Assembly: GCA_043803945.1 (NCBI GenBank)
Contig: JAZDJN010000026.1
Location: 35,569-99,568, forward strand
Reading direction: 5' to 3'
DNA length: 64,000 nt
Source: a bacterium
GTDB taxonomy: Bacteria > Bacteroidota > Ignavibacteria > UBA10030
The notes under the pieces are model-generated. The model worked only from the letters and a program-made list of their open reading frames with translations, did not search any database and had not been told where the DNA came from. Below, in pieces: positions 27,462-38,540 of the stretch. A program made the translations under genes and the position numbers. The stretch's first letter is position 1, and every line of letters starts with the position of its first letter.

Positions 27462-28827
27462 AATCCTGAGTGCCTGATTGTTTTCGATTTTTCAGGGAGA
27501 TCCAACCTGAGGAGGCAAGTAGAAGCACAAAAGGGACAGCCGGATAAAAATAGCGTGCCTCAGTATTTGTTGGAATGTGAATGACAATGTAGTAAATAAT
27601 TATCAGAGCAGGGAGAAAGACAAGAGAATTTGATCTCTGCTTCCAGAGGGCATACACAGCAAGGAGCAATGTCCCGTATTGAAGTAGGATGGCAATCAGC
27701 CGGATACACGATGCCAGGGGGTATGTGGTAATATAATCGGTGAGTGTAACTCCCGGTGAAGATGCCAAATAGGATTTCAAAGAAGGGACAAATCTGTTGG
27801 TAAGAATCCAATCGGGTGTGAGGAGCACCGGCATTCTTTTCAGCATGACGCCGGCATACCACCATGGATGTTCTGCAATGATGGAGACTGCCTCTCGAAA
27901 ACGTTTTTGATCACGCTCAATGCCGTTCGGGTAGGCCCAGTGAGAATAACCTTCTAATTGATTGAGCCGAGCATCGCCAAAAATAGTTCCATGGATATCG
28001 CCGAATTGGCTGATTCCTTCCCATAAGCTGATCCCATTTCCCAGCCCAAGGGGGCGTACTGAACCGCCAGTAGCCGAGTAGCTTCGGATTGTGAGCGGAA
28101 TAAAAATGAGGAGAAGCGCCGCTCCATAGGTGAGGATGAATTGCCGTGCGAATTTCCAGCCGTTTATTTTCCAGGCAAGGAACCCCAGGAAGAGGGGAAG
28201 AAACATCACATCTGCCCGGCAGGTGATAGCAAAGCCTACCCCCAAACCGGAACAGATTAACCAAGGATATTTATTGGAAGCAAAAAGGGCCTTTAACAGA
28301 CACCAACAGGCAAGAAGTAGAAAGAAGGCAATCGGAGCTCCTGGTAGAATCGTGATTTCAAACCGGGCACTTATAGGCCAAAGCGCGTAAGCCCAGGCAG
28401 CAACTGTGGCAACAGGTTTTGGAAAAATGGTATTTGCAATATTATATAAGAGTAAAACTGAAATTGCAGCTATGAGTGCCTGCCAGAGCTGCACACCAAA
28501 AGCAGATTGAACGAGAGAGTAGGGGAAGAAAACCCAAAAATAATATCCAAGGGGACGATCAATAAATGGCTCGTACCTCCAATCTCGTTGAGCAGCCTGG
28601 AAGGGAGCAATGTCGACATAAGTGCTGATGCCTTTGCCATCAAGAAAATTCTGTGCGACGTCCAGGTATTGCTGCGACATACCTCCATAGTAGTCTGGTC
28701 CTGAAAAGATTATAGCCATGATCAGGCGCGTAAAAATAGCAGTCGAAGCTAAGAGCATAATAGTCCTGCGATTCATTGAATAAGAATAATCAGTTTCTCG
28801 CATGGGAGTTCTTGCTTTATCGTTCAT
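27451..28827 (-). CDS. GT-C fold membrane glycosyltransferase (ArnT/GT39-like)
   Basis: Many TM segments, RPLGY, late ARYFYP motif. Confidence 0.7.
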   Translation of the reverse strand: MNDKARTPMRETDYSYSMNRRTIMLLASTAIFTRLIMAIIFSGPDYYGGMSQQYLDVAQNFLDGKGISTYVDIAPFQAAQRDWRYEPFIDRPLGYYFWVFFPYSLVQSAFGVQLWQALIAAISVLLLYNIANTIFPKPVATVAAWAYALWPISARFEITILPGAPIAFFLLLACWCLLKALFASNKYPWLICSGLGVGFAITCRADVMFLPLFLGFLAWKINGWKFARQFILTYGAALLLIFIPLTIRSYSATGGSVRPLGLGNGISLWEGISQFGDIHGTIFGDARLNQLEGYSHWAYPNGIERDQKRFREAVSIIAEHPWWYAGVMLKRMPVLLTPDWILTNRFVPSLKSYLASSPGVTLTDYITTYPLASCIRLIAILLQYGTLLLAVYALWKQRSNSLVFLPALIIIYYIVIHIPTNTEARYFYPAVPFVLLLASSGWISLKNRKQSGTQDYAR

Positions 28828-28897
28828 TGAAGTGTCTTATTTGCCACAATTGTTGTAGACTTCAGGGCTTCAGATATCCCTGCTCTAACGTTAACCG

Positions 28898-30016
28898 TTA
28901 CCGAAAGAATGTATAATTCCTTTTATCTTTCGATTTCCCAAAATTAATCCCTGATGTTTCTCGCTGGATTTCCTTTACAGCGAGCATGCCAAAGCCGCCA
29001 TCCCAATCCCAACTCGTGAGAATGGGAACGGAGAAACCATTCAGGTAAAACCAGTAGCAGAGTTCAAGCGGGGTATGATAGTGTCTCCATCGCGGTGTAA
29101 GATGGTCATACTCCATGATAAAAATATCGTGATAGCTAAGGTCTCTATTTACTCCTTTCAGCCTATTCAAGAGCACATGCCCAAGAGTGTAAAGTGCGAC
29201 AGAAAGATGCATTATCCTTGATGGGAGCCGAGAGATGATGAACCGTTTTGTATCATGCCAACCATATAAGATATAACGTTTGAAGAATGTATCGGGCTTT
29301 CGATAGAGCCATAGATAGAATTTTCCGTTGGGTTTTACCAGGCGCGCAACTTCCACAAATGTCTTATAAGTGTCGGGAGTATGGTGCAAAACACCATTTG
29401 AAATAATGACATCAAACGTCTCTTCGTTAAACGGGGGGTGTTGAAGATCTCCTCGAATGAATTGAACGTGAGAGGTCATTTTTCTGGCATGAGCTGCAAA
29501 GATACTGGTGGAATAATCAAAACCGATAACCGTAGCTCCGCTGCGAGTAAGATATTCGGAGAGAAGCCCATTTCCACATCCCGCATCGAGTAATAATTTA
29601 TCTTTACACCACGCTTCGTTCGTTTGTGTCTCGATAAAGAATTGCTCATATCTCTCCTCTGTTTTCATCCCCCACGTAGTTGTCAATTTTTTATTCTGGT
29701 GCTCTTGCCATTCCAACGAGAAACTAAATTCTTCTTCCTTCTCGGTGATTGCGATGAGAAGTCCGGGAACCTTGTTCTTCACTGCTCCTATTTCTTTTTC
29801 GTATAGCTGTACAAAAGCAGAATCTATTGAATTGGGTAAGAATATAGGAACACCGTTTATAATTGGGTAAATACTTGAGGTATTTATGCCGATTAATAAG
29901 CCGTCGACAACCTCCTCATCATTCAGTGCTGAATTGAATTCTTCTTTGAAGGCGAATAGCTGTAAGCGTTCCTTGGAATATGGATCACACAATAAATTTA
30001 CCAGTTGCTTAATCAT
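28898..30016 (-). CDS. SAM methyltransferase with a Trm112-like N-terminus
   Basis: LCDP...YPIINGVP; LDAGCGNG; GVLHHTPD. Confidence 0.85.
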   Translation of the reverse strand: MIKQLVNLLCDPYSKERLQLFAFKEEFNSALNDEEVVDGLLIGINTSSIYPIINGVPIFLPNSIDSAFVQLYEKEIGAVKNKVPGLLIAITEKEEEFSFSLEWQEHQNKKLTTTWGMKTEERYEQFFIETQTNEAWCKDKLLLDAGCGNGLLSEYLTRSGATVIGFDYSTSIFAAHARKMTSHVQFIRGDLQHPPFNEETFDVIISNGVLHHTPDTYKTFVEVARLVKPNGKFYLWLYRKPDTFFKRYILYGWHDTKRFIISRLPSRIMHLSVALYTLGHVLLNRLKGVNRDLSYHDIFIMEYDHLTPRWRHYHTPLELCYWFYLNGFSVPILTSWDWDGGFGMLAVKEIQRETSGINFGKSKDKRNYTFFR

Positions 30017-30188
30017 TCAGTATATCCTTACTGTAAATACTCGTGAAGAGTGAAATGCTCGACCTCCGAAAGGTTAACCTTGACACCAAGGTAAAGTTTA
30101 TTCAAAATATTTCCAACAACACAGGCTCACGAGCAGAACACCATCAATGCGGAGACCCTCGTTGATAACAATATGCATTTGATTGCTC

Positions 30189-32204
30189 TCAACGTTTGAT
30201 CTCTCGGGCTATTCGAGAAATCCCGACTGTCAATATTAAGGGTAATTCTTTGTTCACGGTTAGTGTTGCAAGAAGGGTTGTGGTTAACACACCATACGAA
30301 GGTGATAGCAAACCGCGTTGAAGAATCCAAGGACCATGAGAGCTTGAAAACAAAAATTCTCCCGAAGGACTTGCAAGAATCATCTCTTGGTCCTGAAGTG
30401 ATCTGACCTTTATGCAGGAATCGAAATGAAAAAACCACTGGATCGTGTGGAAACCGCTGCCACTAAGCTGATCGGAAATTGTGAGTTGACTGGTCTGTTT
30501 ATCGAGCTTGAAAGATCGGCGATGAGTGACCGGGGGATTGAGGTGCTGAAATCCATGCTGTTCACCAACAAAGGTATCGCTATGCTTGCCAATGTTCCAT
30601 TCTAGCACACAGGGAGACGTTAAATCTTTTTTCACACTCCAAAGGCCGTCAAAGGTTGCCGGTTCATGCCCATCAACCATTAAGCAATTATGAGATCGTG
30701 TACTACGTAATTCCTCTCTTCGTTGGGGATCCGAAGTATAACAATACGTACCTGAATCAACGATGCATGGAAAGCCATCAATCCAAAACTCAAAACTCAA
30801 TGTATCACTATGTCCATGCCCTGGTTTACCCTGAAGTCCAACATCGTCGGCATCGATGAAGAGATGGGCATTCGCATTTCGAATAATGTAATAGGCCCCA
30901 TGGGGATATGCCCTTGAGGCAAGCGGAGATGGGGTTCCTTTGAGGAGCTGGTGTTGCTCAAAGCCCTCGCCGCCAAAGAGGAGAAGGGCCTGCTGCGAGA
31001 ATTGCGCTGCTGTTTCTTTAAAGTCCTGGCGTTCAAACAGCAATGCCCCAACCGAGAGCAGCGGGCGGTGGTCATTCACATCCTGATCCATCGACAATCG
31101 ATAGAGGAATCCATCATCTGCATCACCATTGAGTGGTGCAGATCCATCGGGACGCGTGTAGTCGAGTGTGTACCCAAACATTTGTTCCAGCCGTTTCATG
31201 TATGCTTTGGAGAGTTGGATGGAGTTTTTTCTGCAGAGTATTGCCGCAGTGGAAAACAGTTCGAGCACGAAACGATGATAGGAAACCGATTTTTCAAAAT
31301 GTACGCCATCGGGATACACTTGCCGCTGGATCTCGCTTTCCAGATGATGCACACTCCATGTGAGCCAACGATGGCCAACTGTGGTGTCGCGGAAAAACAT
31401 CCCGAGAAATAGTAATCCAACGACATCGGAAAGAAAATGATTGCCATTCGGTCGTGCGGCTTCGATGTGATGTTCAATAAAAAAGCCATGAAGATAGCAG
31501 TGCTTCAGGAAACGCAACCAGAAGGAGGAGGAGATCGATTTCGATTCGCAGAAGAAATAGTATCCGGCAATCCAGTTACAAACACGAATCGATGGTTCCA
31601 TCGCGTTTGCCCAGTTCGGCCCGATGCCGGTTGGATTTTCTTCAATCCAGTTGGTAATCAGTTGCTGGAATTTTTCTGCATAGCGTTCGCTGCGGGTCAT
31701 CCAGTACGCTTTTCCGAGCCACCAGACTTGATGAAAGCGGCTAAGCTCCCATATGGTCTTGATATCTGAACGTTCTCCAAGATCGAGAATCTCGTCACGC
31801 GACAGCGCTTTTAACGGCCAGACCTTACCGCTCTTGAAATCCAGATGCCAGTTGATTAGATCACCCAAGTGTACCCTGCCTGAACCGAGTGCTTCAAAGG
31901 TGTTTGTCAAAACATCCCCTGCATCGGCCAGAATACTTTGAGAAGATTGTGATCGTTCCAGCAGGTGCAGGAAAAAATCTTTCTGATTGCGCGGATGGAA
32001 AAAAAATCGGTGTCGTGCCTGGGAATGAAAACGCTGAACAACTTGCTCAAGTGTGCCGTGAAATGATAGGCGTTTAAGAAAATCCTCGTCTGTCAAATGG
32101 GCCGATTGACTCTGGAGAAAGAGTTTCCAGAGTGCCGGGCGCACAAGACGATGGTGCACCACAAAGGGCAGTTCGAGATTTTTATGATGAAAAAGCGTGT
32201 TCAT
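30189..32204 (-). CDS. Heparinase II/III family protein
   Basis: DIKTIWELSRFH, GNHFLSD, EKSVSYHRF, GHGHSD, TRSHN. Start reset to ATG 32204. Confidence 0.9.
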   Translation of the reverse strand: MNTLFHHKNLELPFVVHHRLVRPALWKLFLQSQSAHLTDEDFLKRLSFHGTLEQVVQRFHSQARHRFFFHPRNQKDFFLHLLERSQSSQSILADAGDVLTNTFEALGSGRVHLGDLINWHLDFKSGKVWPLKALSRDEILDLGERSDIKTIWELSRFHQVWWLGKAYWMTRSERYAEKFQQLITNWIEENPTGIGPNWANAMEPSIRVCNWIAGYYFFCESKSISSSFWLRFLKHCYLHGFFIEHHIEAARPNGNHFLSDVVGLLFLGMFFRDTTVGHRWLTWSVHHLESEIQRQVYPDGVHFEKSVSYHRFVLELFSTAAILCRKNSIQLSKAYMKRLEQMFGYTLDYTRPDGSAPLNGDADDGFLYRLSMDQDVNDHRPLLSVGALLFERQDFKETAAQFSQQALLLFGGEGFEQHQLLKGTPSPLASRAYPHGAYYIIRNANAHLFIDADDVGLQGKPGHGHSDTLSFEFWIDGFPCIVDSGTYCYTSDPQRREELRSTRSHNCLMVDGHEPATFDGLWSVKKDLTSPCVLEWNIGKHSDTFVGEQHGFQHLNPPVTHRRSFKLDKQTSQLTISDQLSGSGFHTIQWFFHFDSCIKVRSLQDQEMILASPSGEFLFSSSHGPWILQRGLLSPSYGVLTTTLLATLTVNKELPLILTVGISRIAREIKR

Positions 32205-32214
32205 ACTAGAATCC

Positions 32215-34197
32215 TCAGCCGACTTGAAACTCCCGCATCCACAACTCCAGATTGAGCAGTCTCCATACATCCGCACTTGGCAGCGGCAGCTTCTCACTGG
32301 CAAGGATACCGGTAAATCTCTTCTTGTCGATGAACCGCTCCGACCGTATTGACTGGTAGAGGAGCAGCTCCCGGAATTTTGGCAACAGCACTGAAAGCCA
32401 TTGAGACTCTGGAGTGACAAATCCCATCTTATCCCGTCGCCATTGGATGGAGGCCGGTAAGATTCCTTCCATCCCCCTCCGGAGTATGTACTTCGACCAG
32501 CCATGATGGATCTTGTAGACCGTTGGAATACCCGTCACGTATTCAACCAACCGGTAATCGACAAAAGGAACCCGTGCCTCGATGGAAAAGGCCATAGAAT
32601 TTCGATCTTCATAATGAAGCAATTGCGGGAGATTGTAGAGCGTCTCCTCTTGCCAGAGGCGCGCCTGAAGATCGAAGTCTTCTTTCTGGACAATGGAGTT
32701 TGAGAGAGAGAAAGAGGATAAAAAATTCCTGTTCATGTATTGCATAAAGGGCAGGAACTTTTGCTGCTGACCTTTCGGCAGCAGGTGTTTGGCTAGCTTC
32801 TGTCCGGCTCGCATCATTACGGTCATTGCGCTGTCTCCGGTAATTGCCGCCGTTTCTGATAGCTCCTTTGTGAATTGGGATAAGCGGCCCCGGCGCAACA
32901 ACTCTGCATGAAAGATGGGGTAATGCCATCGGTATCCGGCAAGCAACTCATCTCCCCCCTGACCATCGAGCATTACTTTCATGCCATGGCGGGCAGCTAG
33001 CTTCATAACATTCCACTGAGCGTACATCGATGTTGAAATAAATGGTTCTTCAAGTGCTCTGATAAATGCTGGTAAATCGTTCCAGAGATCCTGAGCCGTT
33101 GGACGGATCACGTGAGGTTCGGCTTCCGTCTTATCAATGACCTGCTTGACAAAATTATCTTCATTATACCGTTCATCGTCGTAGGATGCGGTGAAGGTTT
33201 TCTGGTGATCGCCGATGACGGCGCGATTGATGTGATCATGGGTGCGGATCAATTGATTTGCCGCACAGACGATCGATGATGAATCCAAGCCGCCGCTGAG
33301 GCAGCTTCCAAGCGTCACATCGGTGCGGAGCCTGAGCCGGACGGAGTTCATGAAGTGTTCGCGCAATCCATCGGCGAACCGAACGCATGTCTGTTCTTCG
33401 TAGGAACCGAATTCTGGATTCTTTGCAAGCTCGTAGTACCGCTGAATCGTGACTCCCCCGCTGTTCATCAACAGGAAATGGCCGGGAGGAAGTTGATGGA
33501 TTTCCTGAAAGAACGTCTGACTGGTGTGGTCTAAAAGCCGGTGGACCAGATAATCATAAACTATCGGATCGTTAGCTCGACGGCTGATTGCGGGATGAAG
33601 GAGCAGCGATTTGATTTCTGAAGCAAAGAGAAATATTGTTGCAGTGCGATAATAGTAAAAGGGCTTCACTCCGAATCGGTCACGGGCGCAGAAGAGATGG
33701 TTTCTTTTTCCATCCCATAAAGCGAATGCCCACATGCCATTGAAACGCGCTAAGCACTCCACACCCCATTCCTGGTACGCATGGAGAATGACCTCGGTAT
33801 CGGATTTCGAGACAAACCGATGTCCCTTCTGTTGCAGCTCTTCACGGATTTCAATGTAATTGTAAATCTCGCCATTGAAGACGATCCACATGGCTTTATC
33901 GCTCGAGGCCATCGGCTGGTGGCCTGTCGGTGAGACATCGATAATGCTGAGGCGGCGCCAGCCGAGAGCGAGCGTCGGTGCGAATGATGCCGGAAGCTCC
34001 TCGAGCAAATCCTTTTGGCGGAGTTCGGGTATACTATCATGGCCGCGACGGGGTTCAACGGCTCCAGTGCGGGTATCCACCAGGAGAAATCCTTCGTCAT
34101 CCGGGCCGCGATGCCGGATGGAGGCGGTCATCTGAGCAAGCAACGACCGATCGATTGCTCGCCCATCCATGTTCATCATACCAACGATGCCACACAT
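32215..34197 (-). CDS. asnB: Asparagine synthase (glutamine-hydrolysing) family amidotransferase
   Basis: MCGI start, HRGPDD, LSGGLDSS, GQGGDE, RVPFVD. Confidence 0.93.
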   Translation of the reverse strand: MCGIVGMMNMDGRAIDRSLLAQMTASIRHRGPDDEGFLLVDTRTGAVEPRRGHDSIPELRQKDLLEELPASFAPTLALGWRRLSIIDVSPTGHQPMASSDKAMWIVFNGEIYNYIEIREELQQKGHRFVSKSDTEVILHAYQEWGVECLARFNGMWAFALWDGKRNHLFCARDRFGVKPFYYYRTATIFLFASEIKSLLLHPAISRRANDPIVYDYLVHRLLDHTSQTFFQEIHQLPPGHFLLMNSGGVTIQRYYELAKNPEFGSYEEQTCVRFADGLREHFMNSVRLRLRTDVTLGSCLSGGLDSSSIVCAANQLIRTHDHINRAVIGDHQKTFTASYDDERYNEDNFVKQVIDKTEAEPHVIRPTAQDLWNDLPAFIRALEEPFISTSMYAQWNVMKLAARHGMKVMLDGQGGDELLAGYRWHYPIFHAELLRRGRLSQFTKELSETAAITGDSAMTVMMRAGQKLAKHLLPKGQQQKFLPFMQYMNRNFLSSFSLSNSIVQKEDFDLQARLWQEETLYNLPQLLHYEDRNSMAFSIEARVPFVDYRLVEYVTGIPTVYKIHHGWSKYILRRGMEGILPASIQWRRDKMGFVTPESQWLSVLLPKFRELLLYQSIRSERFIDKKRFTGILASEKLPLPSADVWRLLNLELWMREFQVG

Positions 34198-34362
34198 CTC
34201 TTACTGTACTCTCTCTTATTCGTGGTTGCGCATTCACCATACATTCCTGGAATCGCAACGAGGGAATAGGACGATGGTCTCAAGCCTCAAAAATTTCTTG
34301 GATAAGGTAGTAATTAAAGCCCTGATTGACAAGGTTCTGAAATGAACGCACGGTGCGGCTGC

Positions 34363-35250
34363 TCATTGAATATCTATGCCGCCTTCGGTCAGCGGTTTGA
34401 GATGGATTGATGGAATAAGGGCTATCGCATCATAGGCAGCATCGGAGACCGGGAGATGATCAAGCGATTTCAATGCGAGGCGTTGATTCGAAAGACCATG
34501 CATGTGCGGCAGGTACAAGGAATACTGATGACTGATGAGAATTCGCTCAACATCCTTGTGTGTAAAGCCTGCTGCCTTCAAGGAACTTTCGTTGATTTCT
34601 ATCCAAATGACCGGCTGCACTTCACGGAGCGTTGTGATCAGACCTTCCAGAACATGCGGCTCCGCACCTTCAACATCGATTTTAATAAATTTGAGGCGGG
34701 CACGATCGTAACTCATGGTGCCGGAGGAATACAACTCATCAAGAGATCGAACTGGGATCTCAATCGACTGTTGGACTTTATTCTGAGCGAGTGTGTTTGG
34801 AAAGAGACTCGACCATCCGGGTTGCGATGAGACATGGAATGTCATCGATCCGGCTTTGTTCCCCAAGGCACAATCAAATACCGTGACATGCGACAAACTG
34901 TTATGCTGAATATTGGCGTTGAGATAATGGCGGGTCCGTTCGTCGGGTTCGAACGAGAATACTTTGCCTGCAGGTCCAACACGGGCGGCCATCAAAAGCG
35001 TACAATACCCCTTGTGAGCACCGGCGTCGATGCACACATCACCAGGTGCAAGTATTTTTGGAAGGAGAGAAACAAACTCGGGAAGATACACCCCGAGGAA
35101 AAAATCACGGTCGATGTAATCCTTTGGATCAATCTCCATCTCGAGCCCGAATCCGATAGATTTCCAAGATGGACCCTGCGGCAATTGTAACAACCGGATT
35201 TTTCTGCTGAGTTTGACAAAGGGACGTTTCAATCGTTGAATGAATGACAT
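34363..35250 (-). CDS. FkbM family methyltransferase
   Basis: DAGAHKG, SFEP, IKIDVEGAE. Confidence 0.9.
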   Translation of the reverse strand: MSFIQRLKRPFVKLSRKIRLLQLPQGPSWKSIGFGLEMEIDPKDYIDRDFFLGVYLPEFVSLLPKILAPGDVCIDAGAHKGYCTLLMAARVGPAGKVFSFEPDERTRHYLNANIQHNSLSHVTVFDCALGNKAGSMTFHVSSQPGWSSLFPNTLAQNKVQQSIEIPVRSLDELYSSGTMSYDRARLKFIKIDVEGAEPHVLEGLITTLREVQPVIWIEINESSLKAAGFTHKDVERILISHQYSLYLPHMHGLSNQRLALKSLDHLPVSDAAYDAIALIPSIHLKPLTEGGIDIQ

Positions 35251-35365
35251 TTCAATTTCCTGCAATGATGAATCACTTATTGAGAATCCTGAAGCACTCC
35301 TGCCGTTGCAAACGGAACGGAGAACAGAAAGGGATAATTAATTTGATATTCTGTTCTCTTGTTCT

Positions 35366-36754
35366 TCATTTCCCTTTGTGTGAAAGATCCTCAGTATGAT
35401 GAGTGGAGATTGACTTCCAGACGATCAGCACATAGAGTGCAACGAAGAATGTATGTGCAATATAGGAAAAGAGGTAAGCTTTGGCAAAGCCCAATGAACC
35501 TTCATGGATCAGTAAACGGGTGAACAATATGAAGACCATAGCCCATAAGGCACTCAAGATCATCCCATGCCACATCTTTCCCATGCTGGTGATCCCATTG
35601 CCAACGATGCCAGCAGTCGAGTAGAATATTGTTGACAGCGCAATAAGGACTAATACAGCTCCCATGTCGGCAAATTGAGGTCCATAAAATCCCATAATCC
35701 AATAAGCAAGTGCGATAATTGGCAACGCGGTCAGTATGGAAAAGATACATGTTAATGCGATGCTCTTCATCAGGGTCTGTTTGAATTCCTGCATCCGCCC
35801 TGCGGCAAACAGGCCGGCGATCGCTGGCAGGAGGACCTGGCCGAACAGTGATGGAAGGAATACAAGAGCCTGTCTCCACTGGTGAGTGACATTGACGATT
35901 CCCATTTCACCGAAACCGCCGGGCTGATTTACAAGCTGTGCATAGGAAAACCAGGTGGCAACTCCGGGGATCAAACTGGTGATGAGAGAAGGAAGTGCAA
36001 ATTGCCAAAGGAGCGAAATCTCTTGCTTCAGATTTTCATAGTGGATCCGGACTCCCTCCTTCCGGGCGAGAGCAAGAATGGCAATCTGTCCATGAACACA
36101 TACCAGCAACATTGTCACGACCAGTGCAAGTACCGATCCCCAAATCTGCCATTGCAGAATGAAGAGTAGCGTGAGGAGGAAGGTGAGGGCGCCCCTCACC
36201 ACATTGATAACGGCGATCGTGCGAAATCGTTCGAAGCCGGAAAGAATTCCCTGCTGTGCACCCTGAATTGCGGTGAATACAATCAGCAGTGTTGAGAGGC
36301 GCAATTCACTCATTAACGATGGTGCAGAGAGTACCGTTGTTGAAAGCCAGGGGAGGAGGAAGTAGTACCCCATTGCAGCGACACACGTAGAGGCGAGTGT
36401 CAACACTTGCAGCAGACCAATGATACTCCCCAATCGCCCGACAGAGCGGATCCGGTATTCAGCGATATATTTTGTCGCGGTCGTGGCGATTCCCATACCG
36501 GCAAGCACACCGATCACCGCCACTGTACTCGTGATAATGCCAAGCTGTCCGAAGCCATCTTTGCCGAGCAATCGGGCTGCCACCACAGAAGTTGCCAGCG
36601 CAAGCAATTGCATGATAACGGTGCTGGCACTCGACCAGAAAGTACCTTTGGCAAGCCGGAACCTCAGGGAGCCGGAGGGGAGCCATCGCTCCACGCGTGA
36701 GAGTAACGTTGTGGTGATTCTTGTATGGAGATTTTCAGCTATTGGAGTTGACAT
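35366..36754 (-). CDS. Oligosaccharide flippase (Wzx/PST family)
   Basis: About 12 TM; ARLLGKDGFG, TATKYIAE. Confidence 0.88.
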   Translation of the reverse strand: MSTPIAENLHTRITTTLLSRVERWLPSGSLRFRLAKGTFWSSASTVIMQLLALATSVVAARLLGKDGFGQLGIITSTVAVIGVLAGMGIATTATKYIAEYRIRSVGRLGSIIGLLQVLTLASTCVAAMGYYFLLPWLSTTVLSAPSLMSELRLSTLLIVFTAIQGAQQGILSGFERFRTIAVINVVRGALTFLLTLLFILQWQIWGSVLALVVTMLLVCVHGQIAILALARKEGVRIHYENLKQEISLLWQFALPSLITSLIPGVATWFSYAQLVNQPGGFGEMGIVNVTHQWRQALVFLPSLFGQVLLPAIAGLFAAGRMQEFKQTLMKSIALTCIFSILTALPIIALAYWIMGFYGPQFADMGAVLVLIALSTIFYSTAGIVGNGITSMGKMWHGMILSALWAMVFILFTRLLIHEGSLGFAKAYLFSYIAHTFFVALYVLIVWKSISTHHTEDLSHKGK

Positions 36755-36864
36755 TCTCGAGTGGGACTACAATTGTTTTATACACTTTCTCTGGATGAGC
36801 ATCCTGCTGTATCATTAGTTTATCAGTTCAAGAGAACATTGTTCGTGAAGAAAAGTAATGAGCG

Positions 36865-38511
36865 CTACTGAACCGCATCGAGAATGCGTTCTACATTTGA
36901 TTTCCATGTATAATGGGTCACGACATCGTTCACGGCTCTGCTCCCGAGCCGCCGGCGGAGGTCTTGATTACTGGAAAGCTGTTCAATCAGGCCGGCAAGT
37001 TGATGAGCATTACCGGGTTGCATGTGCACACCATTGATATCATCCTGAATGATCTCGCCTATCTGTTCAAGTTTACTGGCGATGATCGGTTTGCCCAATG
37101 CCATGTATTCGAAGAGTTTTGTCGGTGAACCGAAAAATTTTGTTCCATCGGAAAATCCGAGATGCGGGGAAACCAGAATATCACATGCGGCAAGATAGTG
37201 AGAAGCATCAGAGTGCGGTACAAGGCCGGTAAAGATCACACGATCCGTAATGTTCAATTGGACAGCCCGCGCCGCCAGGTGCGATCGCAAATCTCCGTCA
37301 CCGATGAGCAGAAAGGTAATGTCCGGTTTTCTCTGTACGACGATGGCCGCCGCATCGAATAATGTTTCGATCCCGTGCCACCGGGTGAATGTGCCGATAA
37401 AGCCGACAACAGTGTTGTCGGATAATTGATAGCGGTGGCGAATTGCGGCACCGTCGATTCCGGGATGAAATTCCGTTGGATCGACTCCATTAGGATTTAT
37501 GATAAATCGATCTTGTTCGATCTTGTAGCTGGAGAGTTGTTCGCGAACACCTTCTGAGATTACGGCGATATGTCCGGCGAGATGAAAGGCCAATGACTCA
37601 CAGTTGGTAGCAAGCCGATGAAGGATCAATCTGCTCCAGTTCTTCTTCACCCATACCTCTGATGCATTTGCCTCGAGAACGAAGGGAATCTTCCAGTGTG
37701 CAGCGATTACCCCTCCGGTGAAATTAAAGATCGAATGCCGTTGATAGATGAGGCAGGGTTGAAATTGCCGAATCAATGCCGGTGCTTTGAGAATCAATTG
37801 GAGATTATAAACAAGCAATTGAATTTCGTCGAACATCCGGAGTGCACGGATTGGAGGAATTTCAATCTGCGTAATCTCCGGTAGAAAATCTTTCACAATT
37901 GAATCTGAAACGAACACGACATCGAATCCGGAGGAGAGAAACGCCTTCAGCATACCTTTGATATGTGATACGGATCCGCCGCCTTTCAGCTCTCCCGCAA
38001 GATCTGTCCGGAAGAAAAGGATGTTGCCCCGTGAGGCGGCTGAGCGGACCCCCAATCGATGTGTTCTTCTCTTCGTTCGGTGCAGAAGAAAACTGAAGAG
38101 CCCTGTGCAAAGAATGGAAACTGAACCAAGAACAAACAGCAGGAGAATCTTCGGGACCATCGAAACGAGATAGCCGACACGCGTCGTTCCGGTCCACGTT
38201 TCTTTCTCTTCACGGAGAAATCGAACACGGGTACGTGTCACAAGCAGGAGTGCGAGAAGAGCATCGCGGTCTCTCACCACGGCTGCTTGATACAGTGAGG
38301 CGATGGCCGCATCGCATGGTATTGACCGGAGCAAGGCAACCATTGAGCGAAAGGATTTTCCGGCGAGATCTGATTTGGAAATGGAATGAAAGGTAAAAGT
38401 TGGAAGATGATGTGCCAGGAGCGTCTTGATTTCTTCATCTTCGAAGGCAAGAAGAAGAATCGTTTTCACGTTGCTGCGCGCAAGAGTCTGAACGACGTGG
38501 GAAATCTCCAT
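36865..38511 (-). CDS. GT4 glycosyltransferase with an N-terminal extension and TM segment
   Basis: PNGVD, GFIGTFTRWHG, SPTKLFEYMA. Confidence 0.9.
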   Translation of the reverse strand: MEISHVVQTLARSNVKTILLLAFEDEEIKTLLAHHLPTFTFHSISKSDLAGKSFRSMVALLRSIPCDAAIASLYQAAVVRDRDALLALLLVTRTRVRFLREEKETWTGTTRVGYLVSMVPKILLLFVLGSVSILCTGLFSFLLHRTKRRTHRLGVRSAASRGNILFFRTDLAGELKGGGSVSHIKGMLKAFLSSGFDVVFVSDSIVKDFLPEITQIEIPPIRALRMFDEIQLLVYNLQLILKAPALIRQFQPCLIYQRHSIFNFTGGVIAAHWKIPFVLEANASEVWVKKNWSRLILHRLATNCESLAFHLAGHIAVISEGVREQLSSYKIEQDRFIINPNGVDPTEFHPGIDGAAIRHRYQLSDNTVVGFIGTFTRWHGIETLFDAAAIVVQRKPDITFLLIGDGDLRSHLAARAVQLNITDRVIFTGLVPHSDASHYLAACDILVSPHLGFSDGTKFFGSPTKLFEYMALGKPIIASKLEQIGEIIQDDINGVHMQPGNAHQLAGLIEQLSSNQDLRRRLGSRAVNDVVTHYTWKSNVERILDAVQ

Positions 38512-38540
38512 AATAGATCAGTTCTGCTGTTGCATCGTGG

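Noticed and set aside
32205-32504. N-terminal 100 aa of the 771-aa ORF
   Set aside because: It overlaps asnB on the same strand in another frame; the heparinase-like sequence starts at ATG 32204.
34200-34360. Possible remnant of a second methyltransferase C-terminus (LVNQGFNYYLIQEIFEA*)
   Set aside because: Too short and degenerate to support without a search.
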